Part shown: piece by piece, positions 35,576 through 48,272 of the stretch
Layout of the letters: every line of letters begins with the position of its first letter
Numbering within the stretch: position 1 is the stretch's first letter
Origin: Octopus sinensis
Lineage: Eukaryota
Direction of reading: 5' to 3'
Length of the DNA: 64,000 nucleotides
Assembly (NCBI RefSeq): GCF_006345805.1
Contig: NC_043023.1
Span: 19,468,001-19,532,000 of the forward strand
Position numbers and translations under genes: made by a program
The notes under the pieces: generated by a model
Told to the model about the DNA's origin: nothing
The model's input: the letters and a program-made list of their open reading frames with translations, nothing else
Database searches by the model: none

Positions 35576-36955
35576 TTATTATTACTATTATTATTAAGGT
35601 GGTGAGCTGGCAGAATCGTTAGCACACTGGACGAAATGCTTGGCAGTATTTTGTCTGTCTTCATGTTCAGAGTTCAAATTCTGCCAAGGTCCTTTCGGGG
35701 TCAATTAAATAAATACCAGTTACACACTGGGGTCGATGTAATCAATTTAATCCCTTCCCCCAAATTTGAGGCCTTGTACTTCCAGTAGAAAGGATGATTA
35801 TTATTATTATTATTAAGCCTCGCCTGGCCCCCGCGCCGGTGGCACATAAAAAGCACCGTCCGTCCGTGGCCGTTTGCCAGCTCCGTCTGGCACCTGTGCG
35901 GGTGGCACGTAAATAGCACCCACTACACTCACGGAGTGGTTGGCGTTAGGAAGGGCATCCAGCCGTAGAAACTCTGCCAGATCAGACTGGGCCTGATGCA
36001 GCCTTCTGGCTTCACAGACCCCAGTTGAACCGTCCAACCCATGCTAGCATGGAAAGCGGACGCTAAATGATGATGATGATGATCATCATCATTGAAGCAG
36101 TGAGCTGGCAGAATCATTAGCACATTGGCTGAAATGTTTAGCGGAATTTCGTCCGTTCTTACATTCTGAGTTCAGATTCTGCCGAGGTCGACTTAGCCTG
36201 TCATCCTTTCAGAGTTGATAAATAAGTACCGGTTGAATACTGGGGTCGATGTTATCAACTAGTCCTCTCTCACTGAAGTTCAGGCCTTGTGCCTATAGTA
36301 GGAAGGATTATTATTATTATTATTATTATTGCCTCTGTTTATGTTCCAAGTTCAAATTCCGCCAAGGTCGACTTTAATTTTCATCCTTTCGGGATCGATA
36401 GATTAAGTACCAGTTGAGTACTGGGGGTCAATGTAATTGTATTAACCCCTCCCCCAAACGATGTTACAGCCCTGTGGCTGAAGTAGAAAGGATTATTATT
36501 ATTATTATTATTATTTTGAATGTGGCAAGGGCCAGAATCGTTAACATGTCAGACAAAATGCTTAGCAGTATTCCATTTGTATTTATGTTCTGAGTTCAAA
36601 TTCCGCTGATGTCAACTTAGCCAGTCATTGTTTTGGGGTTGATAAAATAAGTGCTAGTTGATCATGTAATTAATTAGCTCGTCCCACTAATTTCAGGCCT
36701 TGTGCCAAAATTACAGAGAATTATTATTTTTATTTATATATTACTCTTTTTTTTTTTTTACTTGTTTCAGTCATTTGACTGAGGCCATGCTGGAGCACCG
36801 CCTTTAGTCGAGCAACTCGACCCCGGGACTTATTTTTTGTAAGCCCAGTACTCATTCTATCGGTCTCTTTTGCCGAACCGCTTAGTGACGGGTACATAAA
36901 CACACCAGCATCGGTTGTCAAGCAATGCTAGGGGGACAAACACAGACACACACAC

Positions 36956-37001
<46 letters not shown>

Positions 37002-37307
37002 GACAGGCTTCTTTCAGTTTCCGTCTACCAAATCCACTCACAAGACTTTGGTCGGCCTGAGGCTATAGCAGAAGACACTTGCCCAAGGTGCCACGCAGTG
37101 GGGCTGAACCCAGAACCATGTGGTTGAGAAGCAAGCTTCTTACCACACAGCCACGCCTTTATTCTCTTTCTCTTTTACTTGTTTCAGTCATTTGACTGCG
37201 GCCATGCTGGAGCACCGCCTTTATTATCTATTTTATTTTATATATTATTTGTTTTATTTATATATTTATTTTATTTTATTATTTTTCTATTTTCAGCTGC
37301 TTCGAAG

Positions 37308-37419
37308 ATGCCCAAAGAAAAATACGAATCTTCAAATCCACGTCGAAATTATAGCATTATGTCTTCAGAAGATTTAGCATCCGGTAAAAAGTCAGAATGG
37401 TATGAGCTGGAGATATCAG
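37308..37419 (+). CDS. CNOT6: CCR4-NOT deadenylase subunit 6 (CNOT6/CNOT6L, CCR4), first visible coding exon
   Basis: ATG at 37308 gives MPKEKYESSNPRRNYSIMSSEDLASGKKSEWYELEIS(G), matching the recalled human CNOT6 N-terminus MPKEKYEPPDPRRMYTIMSSEEAANGKKSHWAELEISG. Acceptor tttcag ends at 37296; donor GTGAGA starts at 37420 (phase 1). Confidence 0.96.
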
Positions 37420-39374
37420 GTGAGATAGCATTGTCATCCGTTTATCCCACATCTATGACCACATGCCGTTGTTACAGGATATATGAAATACAAACACCCC
37501 TACATGCATACTCATACCGTATTTGCCAGCATAGAAGATGTCCCTTTTTTTTTTCCTTTGTTTTGGTATGATGATGATGATGATGATCAAAAATTGCCTT
37601 TCCTCATTGAGAGGTCACAGCTCTGGTTTGAAGAACATACACTCTTTACTCTCTCTCTTTACTCTTTTACTTGTTTCAGTCATTTGACTGAGGCCATGCT
37701 GGAGCACCGCCTTTAATCGAGCAACTCGCCCCCGGGGACTTATTCTTTTGTAAGCCCAGTACTTATTCTATTGGTGTCTTTTGCCGAAACGCTAGGTAAC
37801 GGGGACATAAACACACCAGCATCGGTTGTCAAGCAATGCTAGGGGGACAAACACAGACACACAAACACACACATACATATATATATATGTATATATATAT
37901 GATGGGCTTCTTTCAGTTTCTGTCTACCAAATCCACTCACAAGGCATTGGTCGGCCCGAGGCTATAGTAGAAGACACTTGCCCAAGGTGCTACGCAGTGG
38001 GACTGAACCCGGAACCATGTGGTTGCTGAGCAAGCTACTTACCACACAGCCACTCCTGCGCCTGGTGAGAATTTGGCAGGAAAGAATCCCAAGAACGGAG
38101 TCTTCAACCCAAGACAACTGGCTGGATAGCTTGGGGTAGACCGAGAGTGGTTGGATAGTGTCAATAGTATCAGAAGGTCATGCTAGGGAACCTAGTCACA
38201 AAGTGTAATGTTGCTTCTGATAGGACCCTGTAGAGGAGATGTCTGTCTGTCTGTTCCTTCTCGAGCCATGCCTGGCTCTTAAGGGCCGGTTTCCTGGTTT
38301 CCTTGGCGTATAGGTTCCCCTCCTGGACGGGATGCCGGTCTTTTGCAGGTGAGCTAGCTGCAAGATTCAGGAGGAGATGCCTTAGGACTCTACCCCAATA
38401 AATCCTCCAGGAGTCCTAGGGTAGACCAAGAATGAGATGGTTGGATTATATTGTCTCAGTTGGCCAAACTTTGGAATCCAGCAGGAAAGGGTAATAACAA
38501 TTGCTTCTGAAACTGTTTAATACATTAAATAATTTAGTTCTAGATAGATAAAAAAAACTGGGGTGATTACACCTGGAAGATCTTAGCTTGTAGGTCTACC
38601 TGGATCAGGATTGACCTGGGGCTAAGTAATTATAGCCCCTAATATCACTATATCTATTAAATAAGGTTTTTCCTTTTGAAGATGTATTTATTGCCTGGTG
38701 GTTTGAGTGTCGGTCTCCCAATCATAAAATCATGGGTTCAATTCCTGGAATAGGCAATGTATTGTGTCCTTGAGCAAGGGCCATCCCAGCTTAGTGCTGA
38801 TGTGGCCCTCTCTCTCTCCAACTGTCACATCCTCACTCAAGAAGGGCAGAGGTCTTCTTTTAGCTTTCAATAGCAGGGTTTTTTTTTTGTTTTGTTTCTT
38901 GCCCTTCCTAATGATAATCTGAGGTTCACCACATGAACAAGGCTGGGTTGCCTCAGCTGGTCACTTGATAAAACCAACCTTGTGAATCTGTGAATTTACC
39001 ATGCTGCGTTTAACCCAAACCACAGTGCTAAACAACCCAGAACCCCTTAGCCATTCAAGTTTTCCTAAACGTCTAAGGGGAGGTAACCATGTCGTATAAA
39101 TTGAACACTTATTCATCATCATTTTAACTTCAACTTTTCCTTGCTTGCATTGGTCAGATGGAGTTGATTATGGTAGATTTTTCTACAGCTGGATGCCCTT
39201 CCTGTTGCCAACCTTTGCTTGTTTCCAGTCTAGGTAATATTTTCCCATGGCCAGACTGCTTTTTTGTAAACTCTATACTTGTATGGATCAAGAAATGAAA
39301 TGATAGAGAGATATCTGGGTGCTACTTTAGCGTGCAATTTACCACAGTATCCTGTCTATGTTGTGAAATAACTC

Positions 39375-41222
39375 TGAGTACCTTTTCAAACTCGACCCGT
39401 CTCACACCAATGGACATGTTTACAAAGTCAGAAAACAGCACCGCTCCTTCCATGACTTTTGGAAACATTTTTTCATGCTAAGAGTTGCTGAAGCATGGAA
39501 CAAACTGCCGGCATCAGTTGTTAGTTACCGGAACACTGCATCCTTCAAAACTTCCATGCTTTCTGAGATTCGCCAACTCTACACCTGATTTTCTCCCCTC
39601 CATACACACGCTGAAGCATGGAACAAACTGCCGGCATCAGTTGTTAGTTGTCGGAGCACTGCATCCTTCAAAACTTCATGCTTTCTGAGATTCACCAACA
39701 CTACACCTGATTTTCTCCCCTCCATACACACGCTGAAGCATGGAACAAATGCTGGCATCAGTTGTTAGTTGTCGGAGCACTGCATCCTTCAAAACTTCCA
39801 TGCTTTCTGAGATTCACCAACACTACACCTGATTTTCTCCCCTCCATACACACACTGAAGCATGGAACAAACTGCCGGCATCAGTTGTTAGTTGTCGGAG
39901 CACTGCATCCTTGAAAACTTCCATGCTTCCTGAGATTCACCAACACTACACCTGATTTTCTCCCCTCCATACACACACTGAAGCATGGAACAAATGCCGG
40001 CATCAGTTGTTAGTTGTCGGAGCACTGCATCCTTGATGAAAACTTCCATGCTTCCTGAGATTCACCAACACTACACCTGATTTTCTCCCCTCCATACACA
40101 CGCTGAAGCATGGAACAACTGCCGGCATCAGTTGTTAGTTGTCGGAGCACTGCATCCTTGAAAACTTCCATGCTTTCTGAGATTCACAACACTACACCTG
40201 ATTTTCTCCCCTCCATACACACGCTGAAGCATGGAACAAACTGCCGGCATCAGTTGTTAGTTGTCGGAGCACTGCATCCTTGAAAACTTCCATGCTTCCT
40301 GAGATTCACCAACACTACACCTGATTTTCTCCCCTCCATACACACACTGAAGCATGGAACAAACTGCCGGCATCAGTTGTTAGTTGTCGGAGCACTGCAT
40401 CCTTGAAAACTTCCATGCTTCTGAGATTCACCAACACTACACCTGATTTTCTCCCCTCCATACACACGCTGAAGCATGGAACAACTGCCGGCATCAGTTG
40501 TTAGTTGTCGGAGCACTGCATCCTTGAAAACTTCCATGCTTTCTGAGATTCACAACACTACACCTGATTTTCTCCCCTCCATACACACGCTGAAGCATGG
40601 AACAAACTGCTGGCATCAGTTGTTAGTTGTCGGAGCACTGCATCCTTCAAAACTTCCATGCTTTCTGAGATTCACCAACACTACACCTGATTTTCTCCCC
40701 TCCATACACACACTGAAGCATGGAACAAACTGCCGGCATCAGTTGTTAGTTGTCGGAGCACTGCATCCTTGAAAACTTCCATGCTTCCTGAGATTCACCA
40801 ACACTACACCTGATTTTCTCCCCTCCATACACACACTGAAGCATGGAACAAACTGCCGGCATCAGTTGTTAGTTGTCGGAGCACTGCATCCTTGAAAACT
40901 TCCATGCTTCCTGAGATTCACCAACACTACACCTGATTTTCTCCCCTCCATACACACACTGAAGCATGGAACAAACTGCTGGCATCAGTTGTTAGTTGTC
41001 GGAGCACTGCATCCTTGAAAACTTCCATGCTTCCTGAGATTCACCAACACTACACCTGATCTTTCTCCCCTCCATACACACACAAGCATGTATCTGACTC
41101 ATACATTATTCGCTTTCCAGACATTTGTACATTACTGCATACACCTTATATGCACTGTCTGACAAGTTGTGGTGCACCTGAGCACTGTATACAATAATTT
41201 CATTATTATTATTATTATTAAA
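39375..41222 (+). repeat. CR1-clade LINE 3' end with ~13 tandem 123-bp units, in a CNOT6 intron
   Basis: CTGAAG recurs at 39488, 39611, 39733, 39855, 39978... The unit encodes AEAWNKLPASVVSCRSTASFKTSMLSEI...T-stop. Single-copy tail and (ATT)n at 41085-41222. Monomer at ~55555-55915 (-). Confidence 0.92.
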
Positions 41223-43016
41223 TTACTTAAAGTGTGAGGTCTACCTTTTCTTACCCTTTTACACTTTGGCGTGTGATCTACCTCCACTATAAGAACTTTA
41301 TATTACAGGATGATAAAAACAAATTGTAAAATGTTGAATAATGATTTATTAATGACTTACACTTAAATCTTAATTAATGATACACACTTTGTACATCATT
41401 TAGGAAAGCCACAAAAAAATCTGCTGCATCTTTTCTCAAAATTTTCCAGTAAAAGTGATCAAAGTGTGACTGGAAAAGCTCATTGCCAACGCCCCTCATT
41501 TTCTTACAATAGTTGTTTTGTAATCCAACCATGACCTCTCAGCCTGAGTATGCACTCCTGTCACTGGATCCACATTATGTTCTTGATAATTCACTGTAAA
41601 ATAGCAATAACCCATTTATATGTCCAAATGCATTTTTCTCAATATTTATTTTTGCTTGCAATAGTCAGCCAGTTCTTTTGGTCAAACTATCGTATGTCCA
41701 GCTGCTTCAGATGCCAAGGTATCAAAAATCGTCAAAGCGTAGTACAACAATTTTGCTATGGAATGGTGAAACTATTTTTTTTTTTTTTTTTTTCATTTTC
41801 TGAAAAAAAAAAAAAGCAATGTTTTGGACTTAAGACACTTTTGCATAATAGCAACGATGTGATTTTTGACCTTGTTTGGTTTTTATCAATGGTGGACACT
41901 TGACTGCTAGACAGGCCGTGCCAGAACAATTACTGGTATTGTGGTTAGCCTGTGAGTTTGGTATTAGTGACAGAGGAAGTATTAATACAGTGAAGTAATA
42001 TGTATTCCCACTTAAATATGGATGTTCTGTTAGAACGAACTAACCAGCTGTCACATACTACATGTCTGTATTCCAGGTGTAATAGCCAGTTATTGATATG
42101 GCCTACTGGCACAGATTTTTCATGCGTGTGCAGGAAGGGTGGGGTTACCTCCAACCCAAAGGATTTTGCCCATGTGACATTAAGTTCAGTGGAAAAAAAA
42201 AAATGTCAGATACATTTTGAATGCATCTCATATGTCATCCAGGGGTGTTGCCATATTTGCTATGCTTGGCACTGTGGGTCAATGTGCCCTTTTAGAGAGC
42301 TTTTACCTCATGCAGGGATAGGTCAAACCTGTGGCCACAACAGACAATTTGTAGTCTGGACAGCTCCCTGATCTTGCCAGCTCCTGTCAAATTGTCCAAC
42401 CCCGAGGTCATTGCCAGTACCGCCTGACTGGCTCCCGTGCTGTGGCACATAAAAGGAGGGCACCAGTTGAGCGTGATCGTTACCAGCGTCACCTTACTGG
42501 CACTTGTGCCTGTGCTAGTAGGGTGCCAAGAGCACCATCCGAGCGTGATCGTTGCCAGAGCAGCCAACTGGCTTCTGTGCCAGTGGCACGTAAAAGGGCA
42601 CCATTCGAGCATGATCATTACCAACACCGCCTTACTGGCACCTGTGCCAAAAGATTCGAGCGAGGTGATTGCCAGTACCGCCTGACTGGCCCCCGTGCCG
42701 GTGGCATGTAAGAAGCACCCACTACACTCGAAGTGGTTGGCATTAGGAAGGGCATCCAGCTGTAGAAACTCTGCCAGATCAAGATTGGAGCCTGGTGCAG
42801 CCATCTGGTTCGCTAGACCTCAGTCAAAATCGTCCAACCCATACTAGCATGGAAAGCGGACGTTAAACGATGATGATACTGCAGGTATCCACATGATATG
42901 TGGGTACACACATGTCTGTCTGTTTGTCTTGTAATACAGTTATTATAAATCTCCTTCAATGCAACTCTTTCTAACAAAATTTCCTTTTTCCCCCTCTCTC
43001 TCTGTTTCAAACATAG

Positions 43017-43280
43017 GGCCCGTACGGAACTTGTGCCCCAAGCTATGGTCTTTGCGGCACCTGACGTCTCTCTACCTCAACGACAACAACCTCTTGCGCA
43101 TCCCGCCGGACATTTCCAAACTCACCAACCTCACATATCTCGACCTCTCGTCCAACAAACTGCGTAGTCTGCCATCGGAGCTTGGGGATCTCTCACTGAT
43201 GCGTCAACTTCTCCTCAACAACAACTTTCTCCGTAATCTGCCGTTTGAACTCGGTAAATTGTTCCAGCTACAAACACTTG
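43017..43280 (+). CDS. CNOT6: CNOT6/CNOT6L leucine-rich-repeat exon (CAF1-binding LRR)
   Basis: (G)PVRNLCPKLWSLRHLTSLYLNDNNLLRIPPDISKLTNLTYLDLSSNKLRSLPSELGDLSLMRQLLLNNNFLRNLPFELGKLFQLQTL(G). Polypyrimidine tract plus acatag acceptor; GTGAGT donor at 43281; 264 nt, phase 1-1, in frame with the previous exon. Confidence 0.97.
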
Positions 43281-44139
43281 GTGAGTACCTTTCTGCTTGT
43301 TTTGCTTTGCATTGCCACGGCCCTGTTGGCCACAGTGGCACAGCCCGTGATGTTTGTATAGGCGTAGGAGTGTCTGTGTGGTAAGTAGCTTGTTAACCAA
43401 CCACATGGTTCTGGGTTCAGTCCCACTGTGTGGCATCTTGGGCAAGTGTCTTCTGCTATAGGCCCAGGCCGACCAATGCCTTGTGAGTGGATTTGGTAGA
43501 CGGAAACTGAAAGAAGCCCGTCGTTTATATGTATATATATATATTCGTGTGTGTGTTTGTGTGTCTGTGTTTGTCCCCCTAACATTGCTTGACAACCAAT
43601 GCTGGTGTGTTTACGTCCCCGTCACTTAGCAATTCGGCAAAAAGAGACCGGTAGAATAAGTACTGGGCTTACAAAGAATAAGTCCCTTGGTCGATTTGCT
43701 CGACTAAAGGCGGTGCTCCAGCATGGCCACAGTCAAATGACTGAAACAAGTAAAAAAAAAAACAAATCTCAATGTTTGTTACATATTTAATATTTAACAT
43801 ATAGCACATACAGTGTGTGTATGCACACACACACACACACACACACATCTCCCTCTCTCTTTCTCTCTCTCTCTCACTCTAAACCTGTTCAGTTTAGAAT
43901 TTATTGAAGATAGTCATGCCTTAAATGAAATCAAACTAATGCTCCAACACACAAACTCATATAAAGAATCTTGCAAACCAAATCCAAAAACGAAATATAA
44001 AAATTTTATGAAATTATCTCCCCTTTTCCTATCAGTTGCAAGCAATTACTGCTTTGACAGCAACTTCAGTACATCAACTCTCAACTTGTGTAAGAGTATA
44101 TATTCATATATTATGCCTCTTACACACACACACACACAG

Positions 44140-44520
44140 AGGATCTTCAGATGTTGGGCCTCATAGATGGGACAACAGGGGACCAATACTTCTAGCAGTT
44201 TGCTGTGCTTGAGAAGAGACATGAAGCTAAGTAAATAGATGGCTGTCCTTGCATACAGGCGTGTCTCTTGCATCCCTCTTCAACTGAGTGTTCCTAATCT
44301 TGTGGGCTCACAGGTGCCAGTGCCACGTAAAAGTACCCCTGCTGGTGTTAGGTAATTGCACCCAGTGCACCCTGTAAAGTGGTTGGTGTTAAGAAGTGCA
44401 TCCAGCTGTAGAAACCATGCCACAACAGACTGTTTGACCCCGGGCAGCTCTCCAGCTGGCCATCACCTGTCAAACCATCCAACCCATGCCGACATGAAAA
44501 ACGCTAAACGATGATGATAG
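44140..44520 (+). mobile_element. RTE LINE ORF end plus 3' UTR
   Basis: KDLQMLGL...FAVLEKR; same family as 56900-58345. Confidence 0.65.
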
Positions 44521-45377
44521 CCGCAGGAGTGGCTGTGTGGTAAGTAGCTTGCTTACCAACCACATGGTTCCGGGTTCAGTCCCACTGCGTGGCACCTTGG
44601 GCAAGTGTCTTCTACTATAGAGGCGCAGGAGTGGCTGTGTGGTAAGTAGCTTGCTAACCAACCACACGGTTCCTGGTTCAGTCCCACTGCGTGGCATCTT
44701 GGGCAAGTGTCTTCTGCTATAGCCCCGGGCCGACCAATGCCTTGTGAGTGGATTTGGTAGACGGAAACTGAAAGAAGCTTGTCGTATATGTGCATTTATA
44801 TATATATATGTATGTGTGTGTTTGCGTGTCTGTGTTTGTCCCCCTAGCATTGCTTGACAACCAATGCTGGTGTGTTCATGTCCCTGTTACTTAGCGGTTC
44901 AGCAAAAAAAGACCGATAGAATAAGTACTGGGCTTACAAAAGAATAAGTCCCGGGGTCGATTTGCTCGACTAAAGGCGGTGCTCCAGCATGGCCGCAGTC
45001 AAATGACTGAAACAAGTAAAAGAGTAAAAGAGTATACACACATATATACACACCTATCATCTTTGTTTTAAGGTTGAGTCTTTGCATGCTTGCATGGGGT
45101 CTGACAGAATCTGATGATATCAGAAACAGCAGAGAGGTATTCCAGCTGGATCTGGCTGAAGAGGAACAAAAAACGACCTCCATATCATTTGAAGGCAATA
45201 TTTTTGTATTTCAGTGCTAAGGGAAGTAACCCTAAGTGAGTCATCATCATAGCTTTGCTGTTTCACTGTTACCATGACAACCTACATCACTTCTTCTTTA
45301 ACCATTTGGCATTCAGGTTATTCTGTGGAGACTGATGCTTATTTATTCACATTGTTTTGAATTAATTATGCATTATC

Positions 45378-47330
45378 TTCATCATCATCATCGTCATCAT
45401 TTAATGTCCACTTTCCATACTGGATGGTTTCACGGGTTAGCTAGGCAGCAGACTGTACCATGCTTCGCTGTCTGTTCTGGCATGGTTTTTATGGCTGGGG
45501 GCCCTTCCTAACGCCAATCACTCCACAGAGTGGACTGAGTGGTTTTTACATGGCACCAGCCCAGGCAGGGTCAGCTTTGGCATGGTGTCTTTACACAGCT
45601 GGGTGCCCTTCCAAATGCCAACCACTTTACAGTGTGGACTGAGTGGTTTTTACATGGTATCAGCCCAGGCAGGCTCAGCTTTGGCATGGCGTTTTTACAC
45701 AGCAGGATGCTCTTCCAAATGCCAACCACCCAGCAGAGTGGACTGAGTGCTTTTTAAGTGGCACAAACATGGGCAAGGTCAGTTTTGGCAAGGTTTTTTA
45801 CAGCTGGGTGCCCTTCCAAATGCCAACCACTTTACAGTGTGGACTGGTGTCGGCACAGGCAGGGTCAGCTTTGACGTGATGTTTTTACATAGCTGAATGC
45901 CCTTCCAAATGCCAACCACTTTACAGTGTGGACTGGTGTCGGCACAGGCAGGGTCAGCTTTGGCGTGGTGTTTTTACACAACTGGATGCCCTTCCAAATG
46001 CCAACCACTTTACAGTGTGGACTGGTGTCGGCACAGGCAGGGTCAGCTTTGGCGTGGTGTTTTTACACAACTGGATGCCCTTCCAAATGCCAACCACTTT
46101 ACAGTGTGGACTGGTGTCGGCACAGGCAGGGTCAGCTTTGGCGTGGTGTTTTTACACAACTGGATGCCCTTCCAAATGCCAACCACTTTACAGTGTGGAC
46201 TGGTGTCGGCACAGGCAGGGTCAGCTTTGGCGTGGTGTTTTTACACAACTGGATGCCCTTCCAAATGCCAACCACTTTACAATGTGGACTGGTGTCGGCA
46301 CAGGCAGGGTCAGCTTTGACGTGATGTTTTTACATAGCTGAATGCCCTTCCAAATGCCAACCACTTACAGTGTGGACTGGTGTCGGCACAGGCAGGGTCA
46401 GCTTTGACGTGGTGTTTTTACATAGCTGAATGCCCTTCCAAATGCCAACCACTTTACAGTGTGGACTGGTGTCGGCACAGGCAGGGTCAGCTTTGGCGTG
46501 GTGTTTTTACACAACTGGATGCCCTTCCAAATGCCAACCACTTTACAGTGTGGACTGGTGTCGGCACAGGCAGGGTCAGCTTTGGCGTGGTGTTTTTACA
46601 CAACTGGATGCCCTTCCAAATGCCAACCACTTTACAGTGTGGACTGGTGTCGGCACAGGCAGGGTCAGCTTTGGCGTGGTGTTTTTACACAACTGGATGC
46701 CCTTCCAAATGCCAACCACTTTACAGTGTGGACTGGTGTCGGCACAGGCAGGGTCAGCTTTGGCGTGGTGTTTTTACACAACTGGATGCCCTTCCAAATG
46801 CCGACCACTTTACAGTGTGGACTGGGTGCTTTTTGTGTGGCACCAGCACTGGCAGGGTCACCAGGTAGCTTGCAAGACAAAGATCCTTTGAGAGGGGACG
46901 GGGTACTGGAGGAGGAGGAGATCTTGTGCCTAATGATGAAAGGTTAGAGGGTGACAGAGAGACAGAAACAGGTGTCTTGTAATGGATATGCATGATTACC
47001 TGGTTAGAGAGAGAGGGGGTGGAGTGATCTTCTGTAGGGGAGATACATGGCTAACCAGTCAGAGGGATAGAGGAAGAGAGAGTAGAAGAGAGGGGGAGTG
47101 CAAGGGAGAGGTGGTGGAAAAGTGTTAGGGCATGCTCACAGGTAGCAGGGATCAGAATATATATGGGATGGTAGGGAAGAGCTAGGAGGGGATAAGTGGT
47201 GGCAAAGTGGAAGGGTATACCCTCAAGATATAGGGTCAGAATGTAAATAGTAGGGTTTTGCCAAGGTGCTTGAGTAGGGAGCAGAGACTTCACATGAATG
47301 CAAATGGGGTGGGGGTGAGGGGAGATTGCA
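45378..47330 (-). mobile_element. RTE-type LINE 3' region containing an 89-bp tandem array (45842-46820, 11 units)
   Basis: GACTGGTGTC recurs every 89 bp. Flanks are homologous to the unexpanded copy at ~3690-4060. (CAT)n at the left end. Confidence 0.85.
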
Positions 47331-48054
47331 GCAGCTGGTGAAACCTGGGCATATAGAGCTTGTAAATTCCAATGATAGGATTGTTTACTTTTAGAATGAC
47401 ATTGTAGGGTATGTGTGAGAGACCAGATCTGGCTGGTTTGAACATAAATCATTTTATGGCCTGTTTAAATGCTAATAGGTTAATTACTGCAGATTAGGAC
47501 TGGCCTGACACCATGTAGCTCGGGATGGTCATGGTTAGATTGGTTTTGTCCAAATTTCTGCTGGATTGCAGCTGCCCAATGCAATATACAACAAGACAGG
47601 ATGGTCACGTGTTTGTCGCCTTTGATCATGAGCCTGGTGTGTGACAGCTGGTTCTTTGATACACCACAAGCAAAACGAGGTGGTCACAGTTGGATTGTCT
47701 TTTTCATAAGTCTGTTTATTGTTACACACTCTTTTGTTATCAACTGGATGATTCACAAGATATTTTGTAGTCAAGGTCAACAAATGTTGATGACAATAGA
47801 ATAAAAAAAAATGTGTTACTGTGTCATTGTAGGGTAATTGTATGAGGCCTAGTCTGGCTGGTTTGAGCATTTGAACCAGGTATGGCTGGTTTAATTGTTA
47901 AAGGGTTTTAAGTGTAAGCTTCAAAGCTGAATCCATGGAGAGGGGTTCTAACTGGATGAAATTTCCAAGTGCTTTAAATACACAAGTCTCTGATATCCAA
48001 GAGGCTAAAAAGCATCAGCAGGAAGACGCAAAGGATGTGGCCTGGCACCCTTAA

Positions 48055-48272
48055 CTCTTTAATATTCGCATTATTCTGCCAAAATTAATCCCTTTTTATC
48101 CACATTTTGAACTAATCATGCATTATCTTGTAGCTATGAGATTTTGATGGGGTAGCTGTTAATTGTTAAAACGATATTGTAGGGTTGGTGTGAGAGACCA
48201 GATCTGGCCAGTTTGGACATGAAACAGGTAGAATACTTTTGGCCGGATATGGCCGGTTTAAATGCTAAAGGA
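48055..48272. mobile_element. piggyBac-type MITE, family 1
   Basis: TTAA at 48051-48054 and 48273-48276; near-identical to 779-999. Confidence 0.85.

Noticed and set aside
39485-41085. Repeated 41-aa peptide ORF (LKHGTNCRHQLLVVGALHPSKLPCFLRFTNTTPDFLPSIHT)
   Set aside because: It is an alternative frame of a CR1 3' end, broken by TGA variants and indels, with no splice signals.
45897-46947. Several 130-160-aa ORFs with repeated peptides
   Set aside because: The 89-bp unit cycles through three frames; non-coding retroelement UTR.
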